Shown: positions 52,309 to 64,000 of the stretch, one piece after another
How positions within the stretch are numbered: position 1 is the stretch's first letter
Layout of the letters: each line of letters starts with the position of its first letter
NCBI GenBank assembly: GCA_015680685.1
Contig: MNCI01000556.1
Location: forward strand, 1,251,931-1,315,930
From: Gnetum montanum
Lineage: Eukaryota > Plantae > Gnetophyta
DNA length: 64,000 nt
Reading direction: 5' to 3'
Translations under genes and position numbers: made by a program
Notes under the pieces: model-generated
Told to the model about the DNA's origin: nothing
Seen by the model: only the letters and a program-made list of their open reading frames with translations
Database searches by the model: none

Positions 52309-55300
52309 ATGACCACAACTGAACCTATAGTCACCATTAGAGAGATAATCCCTCAAGGGCCAACTTGCCAGTCACTTAGGTTACAAGGCAAAGACCTCAC
52401 TTATACAATTCTCACTTCGGAACAGTACAACTTCATCTGCGTAAAGATCCAAGCTAATTTTCCCATTGATCGCACCAAAATTGAAGCAAAATGACATTAT
52501 GAACTCATCTATAAGGGAGGCCATAACTTTATCCCTTCATCATATGACATGATTCCCCTCTCTGAATCCCACCACAAACTCATATCCCAGCTCCTCATGG
52601 CAAGGAATCAAACCTTGTGGCAACCCATCGTAGAGCCTCAAAATGGAGACGAGGAAGATGATTTTGTGGATCAATTTGAACATGGGGATTCATACCACAC
52701 TCTTAGTCCTCATACTTATGCAAACCCATTATTCCACCCTTTCATGGGAGAGACCATACCTCTTCATACATTTACAAGCACTCAAGTACCCATTTCTCAA
52801 TAGGAAGCATCCACCCCCATTCCTATTTTCCCTACAACCAACACCCCATTCACTATGCCCATCCCTGTTATTCCTCCAGTTACCACTTTACCCTCCCTCT
52901 CACAAGGAAAATCCCAACAACCCCCTTGTCGAGCTAATATGGGACCAATCTTCCAATCCCAAATAATTGGGATGCCATCCATAATACCTGCTTCAAAATC
53001 CACCCATTACATACCACAAGTGCAAATCCAAGGAATACCCTTCACTACTTCGACTCAACAGGTTCAGGGTGTTTCTTCACAATTTGTAACCAAGCAGTGG
53101 CACGCACCTATCATTCAACAACATCAACCTACTCACTACAGCATACCACCCATTGTAGTCCCATCTGTGAATGTCCATCAAATACAACCATCAACAACCC
53201 TATAGTCATCTTTCCCACAAATCACACAACAATCTAACTATCACCACACACAATCGAACCTACCAGCCAGTCCACCTAGTGGTCAAGAATGGGCAGATGA
53301 TAGGAAAATGATGCAAGCACTAACCGATGAAGTAAAGCATCTTAAAATCGCAAACACTAAATAATTCAAGGTGTTGGACTTCTATCAAGATGATCCAATT
53401 AGCTCTTAAGTACTACCATTGACTTTACCAAAATGAATTTCACTATCGTAACTAACCAAGTATAATGAAGAGGGAGATCCAAATGATCACCTAGTGACAT
53501 TCTAGCTAGAGTATCTCTTACTTCAAGCATGGCCTCATGTGATCCTGCGTGTTCTCACCATGTCCTTAAGTGGAAAAGCCTTATACTGGTACCGAGCCCT
53601 ACCACGTAACTCCATATCCTCTTTAGAATATTTTTTACATCAATTCATTACCTATTTTAAGTATAACTTGAAGCCTGAGGCCATGCTAGATAGTCTAATC
53701 CAAATAAAACAAACAGCATTAGAGCTCGTACAAAAATTCATCCAAAGATGCAGTGCCTCCCTTAACGAACTTCACAAGCCTATCCTGGAAACGTATTTAC
53801 TTACAATCCTCAAGAGCGTTGTGAATGATTTCATTAAGTCAAAACTCTATTATCTGAATGCTCACACTTTGAGTCAGGCATTTTATCAAATCAAAAACAT
53901 AGAAGAGGTAGCACAGACAAGTCATGACCTAGCTTACCTAACTTTCAAAAGCCAACACATGAAGAAAGATAAAGATAAGTCTAAAACAACAATCGTAGCA
54001 GTGGCAGAGACATTTCAACCCAATAATGTAGGGTAGAAAGGGAGAAAACCCACTACCCCCACTAGTCATGAAAGAACCGCTCCTACTCCCATGCCTAAAT
54101 CCTCCTCTATCCAAAATGCTAACACGAGTAATACTCGTACCTTCAAACAAAAATACCCTAACCAATACACACCCTTACCCATGAAACCTTCAGAACTACT
54201 GGACCAACTTCTAAAGGTTGGGTTGATTCAACATAAACAAATGTCTCCTACAACATCTCAAAAACACGATCAATACTGTGAGTTGGTTAAAAACCCAATG
54301 TTGGCAACAACTAATGAACCCCCTATTCCAAGAGGTTTTAGGTTAGACAGATTCTGTGAGTATCACCAATGATGTGGGCATGGAATCGACTACTACTTCA
54401 CCCTAAAATAGGACATACAGCGTATGATTGACAGAGGTGAGATAGTCTTTGATGGAGCCAACCCAGTAAGGCCTCAAAATTAGTCTATGGGGATCTAAAA
54501 AGATCCTCTTAATAGCAAAGAGTCACCCTATGTGATTAACACTATCCATGTCGGCAATGAACAAGACACCCCACGAACGCCTTTTGTGATTCGTGTGCCT
54601 GCTGAAACCATGTCTACACAAACACCTCCACAAGATCCTTTTGCCACACATACACCTCCTACGCAGCAAAAACCATTTATCATTCGAGTACACCCTGCGG
54701 TTGCAATAGAAAATGTGCCATCGCAAACCCGACCTTCTCCATTCGTAATCCAGGTGCCCAGACACCCTGATGTGCAACCCCCAATAGTTCTCCCGCCACC
54801 CTCACGAGAACGCCTCACCGACAAACTGACTAAGGAACATTTGGCAAAAGAACATCATGGTTATGAGTTAGGATCACCAAAATCCATACTGCTGAATGTT
54901 GTCCCCATGGTTCTAATTACTAATCATCCTAGCACAAGTCATCAAGACAAGAATTCGGGAGTGTCTAGTGTCCCAAAGCTAATAGCTATAGTTAATAACG
55001 CAAAAACTCTTCCGCAAGGGATACAAATGTTGGGTCAAATGGATCAAGTCTCAAAAGATAAAAACATTCCAAAGAGCAAATACTTGGCCAATGCCTTCAC
55101 CCAGGTTACACAAGCCTTAAAAGAAAAGAACACTTCTCTAAGTCTGTATGACCTAGTAATAACCTCCTTGGTACATCACGAAGCTCTAGTGTGTATGTTG
55201 ACTTCAATCCCCGTTAGTGAAGACCTTCCTATAAATGACCATCTATTTACACTGTATTGTCTCCACATCAAGAATCGAGGTCCACATCTCTAGGATTTCA

Positions 55301-55900
55301 TGCCAATGACATTAAACAAGACAAAAAAATGGGAGAGGTCACTACCGCCCCTATGTTTATAATGATACAAATTAACCAATTTAAGATACATAGGTTGCAT
55401 GTTGATGAAAGAGCAGCAACAAATGTAATACCTTTTCCTATCATTAAACGACTAGGCCTCATGGAATAAATACTACCAATGACAACATCATTCTTGAAAT
55501 CTTTTAGTGGTTCCCATGTCGTGGTAAAAGGCATGATTACCTTGGATTTCATAGTAGGGGACCGGTTCCCCACATCGGCCAAATTTGTAGTCATGGATGA
55601 GATGTCGGGGTTCAATCTGATTTTGGGATGACCTTGGTTAGCTCAATTAAAATTCGTATCCTCACTGATCCATCAGGAAATTCACCTACCTTATGAGGGT
55701 GGTGAAATTTTCATACATAGGGATGCGGCAACATCACTTACTTCCTCACACGTAGGAATGAACCAAGGGTTAGAGGTTGAACTCTCTAAACCTAAGCAAG
55801 ACACCACTAGTGAAACCCTAGAAATTGGTCAATCTCCAACCCATGACCTTTCTAGAATAGAAGAAGCATCAGAAGATGTAGACATAGGAGACATCCCATA
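52309..55900 (+). pseudogene. gag-protease of Tat-2 (Ogre-like)
   Basis: KYNEEGDPNDHL..SLSGKALYWY..SIS gag; CEYHQ..GH knuckle; SLYDL..HHEAL; IHRLHVDER.ATNVI..ILG.PWL protease. Confidence 0.85.
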
Positions 55901-56584
55901 GATGTCTCTTGGTCAAAAATACCCTTTGACATATCCAGCGAGGGAGATGACGAGTACAAGATCATGCCTACACATCCCACCCACCACAGCAAATTATGAA
56001 AATTAAAGAAGTAGATCAGAAACTAAGATGAACTACCAAACGTTGAGAATGACGTTAAACTACGAAGTGTCTAGAATCATGTTAAACTACCAAATGTCCA
56101 GAAAGATGTTAAACTAGCCATGGTCAAAAATGACCGGTTCTTTTAAATCCACCGAAATAGCTACGGTCTCCTCCCTTTCTTGGACAAAGATGCAATAGTC
56201 CATCATGACTTTAAATTGATGAGCATGGCTCGAAATGGCCTTAAACTAGAGCACAATACATTGTCAGTTTACCAAAAATTTGCTACATCATTATCATTTA
56301 CATTTTGCAAGTTACAATTTCCATTTATTTGATGTTTACCAGACATGATTCCAGTTTACATTTACGTTCACATATAAACTCAGAAAAGAAAAATAAAATA
56401 TATAAATATATGTAATACAAAGTGTTAACATGGTAATATGATGACCAAATATTACACCATGATCATGTTACATTTTTCCTCATACATTCCAAAAACAACA
56501 AACCAGCCAAAAAACCAAAAAAAGAAAAATTGAAAAGACTGATAAGACTAACAAGCCAAATTATGCATTAGTATTAGTAAGGGG

Positions 56585-59300
56585 CTAGTCCCCAAACTCC
56601 TCTATGTCATCAGCTCCCATCCCACTAGGGCCAGCCTCACCATCATATCCCTATAAAAATAAAAACAAAAACAAAAATAAAATATAAGTAAACATAGAAA
56701 AATAGATTAAAAGAGAAAAATACTAAAAAAAGGGGGATGGATGATTAAAAACAATAAAACAATATAGGACTAAAACACTCACAGGTGGGGAGGGCTTGAG
56801 ATTAGCTTCCAGGCACTATAAAATCTCTTCTTTAAGCATGCACACCTAGTCTTTGTCAAGTCTGAGGTCGATATTGGCTAAGGTTTTACCCTTGTCCACT
56901 AAAGAGCAGTAAGGGTGATCAAGAGAAAACATACTTGTTGAAGCCTCCCCAGAGATAGTGGTAATGGATCTCTCAAGAGAGCCCTCCACTTCTGTACACT
57001 CAACAAACTTGTCATAAGAAGAGTACAAGCCTAACCCCTCCACAAACATCTCCAACCAATGACATTCAATTGATTCCTCCTTCAACCATTTTTTGTATTG
57101 GTGCGTATGACCTTTCTAATCCTAGCCCCATCTACATACTTTGGATGCAAAGGACTTCCAGTCATGGTACTTCCTATTCAATAAATCCTTTTGGGCCCTC
57201 TATTTGGCCAGTTCCCAAATCGCCTACACCTTGCTATTCAAGCCTATCCAATAATGTGCATAGGTGATCACGAATGTATGCCAAGTACTATCATTCGCCA
57301 ATCTAGCAAAGGCAAAATCATAATGGGCTTACAAGTCATTCCTCTCCTCTATCACCTTCACCAAATTTTCTTTCAATGATTAAACTTCAAGTTATAAGTG
57401 TTCAATTGAGCACCTGAGATGCATGTGCTTCAGGCACTTCAGCATCCATGTCTGATGCTAAGAAGAGTCATGATAATCAAAACAATGTACAAAGCCAAGA
57501 AGTACGAAATGTAGATCAAACTAAAACAATGTACCAAGGAGCCCTTTGCTGGTTAGCTCAGGTGGATCACCAAGGTGTAAAGACCCATCAAAGAAGTTGT
57601 CAAAGATACCTTTCTCCTTGCTTGAGTGCTTCAGGGCATTTAAAGCCTTAGCAAGTGTCACTTCCATGGTATCCATTTCATCCTCTTCCCGTAAGATGGG
57701 AATAGCCTCAATTGCTTCTTCTCTCATTTCCTCCTCTTCATCACACCGAGTGATAATCGTTTCAGGCTCATCCATTGGAGCTAATTCTTCCCTTTCCCTC
57801 TTGGGGGTACCCTCTGTTAGCACCAATAAATCTAAGGTTAGCATGACATAATAGGTATGCATATTTAAGTAAGCAAATAAATTAAAAAAGTGATAAAAAT
57901 ATTTAAAGAAAAAAAAACTTACCCACTCCCGGCAAGATGAATCGAATCTTCTTTACCCTTGGTGGTCTCGCCTCCCTAATAGGTCCTCTCAAATTCTTAG
58001 CCCTTTTCACCTTAGCCTTGGCCTTCTCGATGATCTCTTGAATCAGGCGCTTAGCTCTCCTAACAGCTGTGTGCAGTTTAGGTGGTTCCAACCCCAAGCT
58101 ATCACATGAATGGTGGGAATGACTAGCTACACCCCCTGTTGTGATAGAGACTGATTCTTTGATGCCTTCAGGTGGATCTTGGGATCTAGTGGTGTTAAAT
58201 AGATGACAAATCCAAGGGCGAGACAACTATGAACAATCCCTTAACACATAATGGTTATCTTCATAGATCACTAAGAACTCAGCAAACCTATGGGAATAGC
58301 CCGCAATAAAGGTAAAGGTAAAGTGGGATTTAGCATCAACATTGGAATGTAGCGTAATGATCTATCCATGAAGACTTAATACAAGGAACTACACCTAATT
58401 GTAACGCATACTAGTATCCAAGACTGAGCACATAACACATGCTGACTTGACCCCAAGACTTCTTGCTTGAGAAAGAGACTTAGGAAATGCTCATGCTCTA
58501 AAGAGTAGGTACAAAAAATTTTCCTTTGTCAAGTGAGTATCGGCTTGCATGGAAAAACCCTTAGGACCCCATCATACACCTAGCCAGTCTTCAAGTTCCT
58601 TGATCACATGGCCTTTTCTAGTTTCTCTATCCACCAGCATGTTAGCACCATCTGTTGGTATGCTGAAAATATTAAAAAAGAATTCGGCAATTAGGTGGAA
58701 AGACACCTCAACTCCTCGAACTCGTGTAGTAAAATAGGATACATCATCGTTAAAAGAGTCAATGATGGAAATCATTTTGGTCACGGGAACATTAAGAGTC
58801 AAGGTAGTAAATAGGTCCATCAAGCCTACATTGGTAAGACAACTGATGATTTGTTCAGGTGCCTTCTTGTGCAGCCACCATTGTGACTCCTTTGTCTCTC
58901 CAAACTTCATAAAGAGAGTCACCTCAGTGCACCTGGACATGAAGGTAACCTCATCAAGAGGAATGGCCACTATAGAAGAGACAAAGGAGACATTGAAAGA
59001 AAATTAAGAATATGATAAGCAATGATGTAACAAAAGTGAAAACCAAGCCTAGAACACAAACATTTACCATTAGCAAATGGAGTCGGCACACTTTCTGTAG
59101 GATCAACTATTTGAGGAAAAATAGGCCCATCAAGAGACCAATCCTCAGCCAGCCAGCCACACATGGGTCAAAGGACGTGTAGATCTAGGACCTTCGGGAG
59201 CACCCCCCTTGACTATATATGGTCCCTCATCTATGTCAACAACAAAAGCTAACATGCCTCGTGTTGAGCCGGGCAACATGGTCTCAACAATATCACGAGA
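56585..59300 (-). pseudogene. antisense multi-exon accessory gene with plant-mobile-domain (PMD)-like N-terminal region
   Basis: GT-AG introns 59067-58970, 57922-57814, 57534-57452, 56782-56651 join the ORF pieces; GLMDLF..IIDSFN..F..V.F.L....IF.IPTDG and YN(W)..FL motifs; stop at 56585; start uncertain. Confidence 0.7.
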
Positions 59301-61529
59301 CAGTTGCTCACTAAAATGAGACCATATGACAATGCTAAAATTTTGCAAAATAAATGATAAAAATGCACCGACATTCGGACAAAACCATATTACATGCACC
59401 CTGATCCACATGTCATAACTAGGCATGTTCAGTTCCAAAGGGCCAAACCAAGATAGCACACCAACAAGTTCGACCACAAGGAGAAAAGTCTTAAGTCCCC
59501 TGCATAGAGCTAGAACCTTCAGTAAGTAACTTAAAACATATAAATTAAATAAATAAATAAATAAATAAACATAACAAGTAAATAACATTCAACACACATA
59601 CAAGACAACCCCATGAGACAAGAACACTAGTATTCATTTGGTGTATTTGACGCTCGTTGGGGACATTAAAAATCCATTTCACAGTAAACCAACAACAAAA
59701 CATGTACATTCACTGTCTAACCCAAGAAAGAAAAAACAAAAAGATACAAATAACTAGCAGCACCAAGTGAATAATTTACACCTTTCTCTTTCACTCATGT
59801 GCCAGTTCCAGGGAACTCACGCTGTAGTGCATGTTGCGGTAAAATGTGACTAGGGAACCCATTCACAACATAGTTCATGCTGCTACTCACAATGCAACTA
59901 ATGCTACAACTTAGGTAGTGAGACAACTTACGTTGTAAGAGTAGCTAACACTGGGAAGTAGCCCTAGCACAAAAAATTGATTTTCTATGGGACGTTGACC
60001 ACCTAGGAAAAAAATTAGTTTTCTATGGGACATTGACGCCCAAGCACAAAAATGAATCTTTTCTCTGTGCATTCTTTCCCTGTTTCCCCTATGCATGCCT
60101 TTCAATATGCATTCATGCCCTATTCAATGCCAAAATAATGTCCTTTCAACCTTAGCACCCAACTCACACCCTCGCTCCTCATGCTGAGAATAGCCCTGTC
60201 TCTAGCTCACACTAAGAATGGCCCTGCTGGGAAAGAATGTGCCCAAAGGAAGTTTGGAAACAATGAGATCACCATGACATTAGTTTTGAATTTGGGTGGG
60301 GATTGTTTACTAGTCCCAGTCACAACCCATGCCAAGGATTAGCGCACATCCTATGACCCTGCAACTCACGTTCAACATGCCTTGGGTCACTAACGCTGGC
60401 TGATCCTCTGCAACAAATGAATAATACCAGAACAAGAAATTTTATAAGATTGAGCATGCCTTGGCCATTCCTTACATTGCCCACACTCATGCCATCACAT
60501 AAAATAGAAACCACAAAAAAAAATAGCAAATCCTAATACCCCAGTGATGTCCTAGACATCCAAAATGTGCTACAGAATGCGGCAAAAATTCATGATAATA
60601 GATCACGCTGAAAAAAGAAATCCACGATCCAATAAAATTTTCACTTTGTAAACGTAGTAAAAAATGGCAGCCCTAATGGCTCATGTCAATGTTCATGCTA
60701 CGATAAAATGGCAAGAACGAAAAAAACATACCTACGCAGGGTCCCTGCCCATGATGAAACCCTGGGTTGAGGAAGGTGTTAGAGCAATTCTTTGCTCTCC
60801 TCTACAAACACCAGGTTGTCCTAATTCTTCCATTTACCTTGGTGGTCCTACCTCCCTATGCCCTTCATTTTCTCAGGCTACGCACACCATGTAACTCACA
60901 CTGTGTTACGCACACCCTATAACTCATGCTACCTTGCACGCCCTGTAACTCACGCTACCCTGTGCTTCCTGTTGCTCACACTACCAATCTTGTAGCTCAC
61001 GGTGCACTGTATACTGACGCTGCACTCTCTATTCATGCTCACCACTCATGCACTAATGCTTGCTAAAATAACTCATGTTTTGCACCTTTTAAATCCCTTA
61101 TGTTTTTCTTACCCTTTTTAAACCCTCTGTCCAATTTATCTACTTTATTTTATGCTTATTCTATTTTATTTTTCATCTTTATTTCTCATTCTTGTGTTCT
61201 TTGGTTAATTTCTATTCTTATTTTATCATTCAAAATACCTTTTTCTCATTCATGTTTTATGGAGTAGATCCTAAACATCAAAATAAAACAAAACTAAAAA
61301 ACCAAAAATTCATGAATCCATAAAAACCCACAACCTTATTGTTCACACGAAAAATGAATAGTAGTGGCCCGGTAAGGCCTAAAACTGCCATGCAGTCTTG
61401 GTATGACATTAAATTACCCCTACATTCTACAATTTCATCATAACATATATTACATGAAGCTAGTTTACATTTAGCAACTCGTTCATCAAGAAAATTTCAC
61501 TCACGTTGCTCCGGGATTTAAATTGGTAG

Positions 61530-64000
61530 GAGCAAACACATGGCCAACAAGAACATCTTTTCAACATTGTCTCTCAATGGACCACATGGAGAAGTAACAA
61601 GGATAATCAATTTAGAATCTTTGGATCTAGACCCATCTGCTTACACAAATTTAATAGCATCCACTCAAGAAATATCGTACTGGCCTGAAAACATGATGAA
61701 GACTCTAGATCTACAGGCCGATAGTATCACTGAGGATCCTCTTACTGAAGTCTCTATTACCACTTCCAGTGATAAAACTAGAACATTAATATTAAGTGCC
61801 TTATTAGACACACAACTCGCTAGTGATATCACTCAGATTTTGAAAGACAACATAGAGATGTCTGTGTGGTCTTATATTAACATGCCAGGGTTGGACCCTC
61901 GAATCGTCCAACATAATATCATCCTTGATGAAAAGATTAAACTGGTGAAACAAAAGGCACAAGTGGTTAGACCTGAGGTAGCATTAGCAATTCATGATGA
62001 AATCACAAAGCTCTACCAAGCTGGTTTCATCCAAGTGGTTGACTATTCTGACTGGATATCAAACATTGTTGTAGTCCCTAAGAAAAACAGTAGTATACGC
62101 ATATGCATTGACTTCCGTGATCTCAACACAGTCACTATAAAGAATGACTTCTTGCTACCCAACATCAATTTGCTCATTGACACAACTGCTGGGCATGCAT
62201 TATTATCCTTTATGGATGGTTTTTTGGGATACAACCAAATAAGAATCAATCCAAAGCATCAACTCAGAACAACCTTCATGACACCTTCGGATACATTCTA
62301 TTATACAATGATGTCATTCAGCCTTAAGAATGCAGGTGCTACATATCAACGAGCAATGACATACATATTTAGAGATTATATGCTTGATTTGCTCAACGAT
62401 TATGTTGATGAAATTGTAGTTAAATCTAAAACAACCGGACAACATGTGAAAGATTTGGACTTAGTGCTTAAACATTATCTTAAACATGACCTTAGACTCA
62501 GCCTGAAGAAGTGTGTCTTTTGTGTTAAAATAGGAAAAATGCCTAGCTTCGTAGTCTCCGAAATAGGGATACGAGTGGACCCTGATAAGGTTAAAGCAAT
62601 AACTAGTATGCAACCACCTAGGAACCTTACTAAATTATGTGTTCTACAACATAGACTGCAATTCATTAGACACTTTATCGCAAAACTAACGAATAAGCTA
62701 AAACCCATGTAGCACTTACTAGGAAAGAATGTGCATTTCTAGTGGACTCAATAGTTCTAGGAGGCATTTGAAAACATAAAAATGGAGCTAGCTTAATTTT
62801 CAATAGTTCATCCCCTGCAAAGTGATAAAACTTTTTACATCTACCTAGCAACATCCAATTCATCTATTGCGTATGTGCTTTGCCAAAAATGAGAAGATGG
62901 AATCGAGATCCCCGTTTACTATTTAAGCCATGCCTTAATTACCTACGAACAATGATACAATGACATAGAGAGATCATGTCTTGCCCTTGTCTTTTCCTTG
63001 AAAAAGTGAAAAAACTATCTCTTCTATAACCAAGTCTATATCATTTCCAAAGATAATGTGCTTCGAGCTATCACTAACAACATCTATGAATCAAGTAGGA
63101 TAGCCAGATGGAAAGTGATGATTGCTGAGTTTGACTTACGCTATGTAGCTCAATCCTCCACCAAAGGTCAAGCAGTAGTCAATCAATTAATCACTTCACC
63201 AACATAAGATCAAGTGACAATCAATCCCAAATTCCCTGATGAAAGCATTAACAACATCAACACTGTTCCTGATAGCTATGATGCAATCCTTTACCTCGAT
63301 GGAGCTTCAACTTCCCAAGAAGGAAGTGCTACATCCATCATAACATATCCCTCTAGAGAAATTCAACCCTTTTCCTATCGACTAACCTTCCCTTGTACCA
63401 AAAATATGGCAGAGTACGAAGATCTTCTTAGAGGTCTTATAGCAACACTAACTTCGGGAATTACATGTCTTGCAGTTTGAGGTAACTCACAGTTAGTAAT
63501 CAATCAACTCACAAAGGTTTACGCATGCAAAGCTTCTCATTTGCAACCATACTATGACCTGACTAAAAACTTGCTAAAACAATTGATCAATGTATATGTG
63601 CAACATATTCCTAGGAATGAAAATACCATTGCCAATGCACTTGCTACACTAGCCTTGAACATGACACCTGAGATGTTCCATGCATTGCCTAGTTCTATAA
63701 CAAATTATGCCAAACCTATAACCAATGCTCTCAACAAAATACCCATAGCATCCGTCAGCACTACACAAGCAATAAAATGGTATGATAACATAAAAGAGTA
63801 CCTTCAACAAGGCGAATTGCCACAACATTTAACAACTGCCCAAAAGGATGCGATGCAAAAACGATCTCGGCAATATGCATTAATAAGAGACACATTGTGT
63901 CACAAATCCTATGAAGGCATCCTGTTGATGTGCATCAGTAGCGTCGATGACCAAACAATCATGGAACAAGTTCACGAAGGACTTTGTGGAGAGCATCTAT
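61530..64000 (+). pseudogene. pol of Tat-2: RT, RNase H, archaeal-type RNase H, start of integrase
   Basis: 390-aa ORF with WISNIVVVPKK, CIDFRDLN, FMDGFLGYNQ, YVDE; PVYYLS..Y..IER (RH); LYLDGAS..TKNMAEYE..GNSQLV (aRH); HEGLCGEH. Confidence 0.95.

Larger units (their letters stand above)
49501..64000 (+). mobile_element. Ogre/Tat-type Ty3/Gypsy element (Tat-2), continues past the window
   Basis: ~2-kb LTR starting TGAAACACCAC (same start as Tat-1), PBS-like TGGTGCTAGAAGGAGGG, gag-PR, long spacer, RT-RH-aRH-INT. Confidence 0.92.

Noticed and set aside
57448-59007. Plus-strand ORFs in the PR-RT spacer
   Set aside because: Shadows of the minus-strand spliced gene; splice signals and domain motifs are on the minus strand
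61540-62712. Functional stand-alone reverse transcriptase gene
   Set aside because: Part of decayed pol; catalytic YVDD is mutated to YVDE and downstream domains contain stops

Overview
Land-plant genomic DNA, AT-rich and heavily C-to-T deaminated, made almost entirely of nested, decayed transposons with no intact host gene. From left to right: (1) the 3' part of an Athila-type Ty3/Gypsy element (pol, a long accessory ORF, 3' LTR at 7466-8306) that abuts a CCR4-like deadenylase pseudogene, which has a second inverted partial copy; (2) an alpha-amylase pseudogene; (3) a gag-less Tat/Ogre-type element on the minus strand (13928-22480); (4) SINE, hAT, aspartic-protease and chromovirus remnants; (5) a two-LTR minus-strand Athila (29745-39856) whose integrase core was replaced by an 858-bp templated copy of nearby DNA; (6) a pol-less Athila derivative (gag plus accessory ORF, from 41354); (7) an Ogre/Tat element inserted into it (49501 to the window end). 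The most notable structure is in that Ogre/Tat element. A ~5.5-kb spacer between protease and RT holds an antisense, multi-intron gene with a plant-mobile-domain-like N-terminus. In three elements, an accessory gene also appears to have an internal promoter carrying the same short CpG-containing motif as that element's own LTR. All protein calls come from manual translation and motif recognition; no database search was run.
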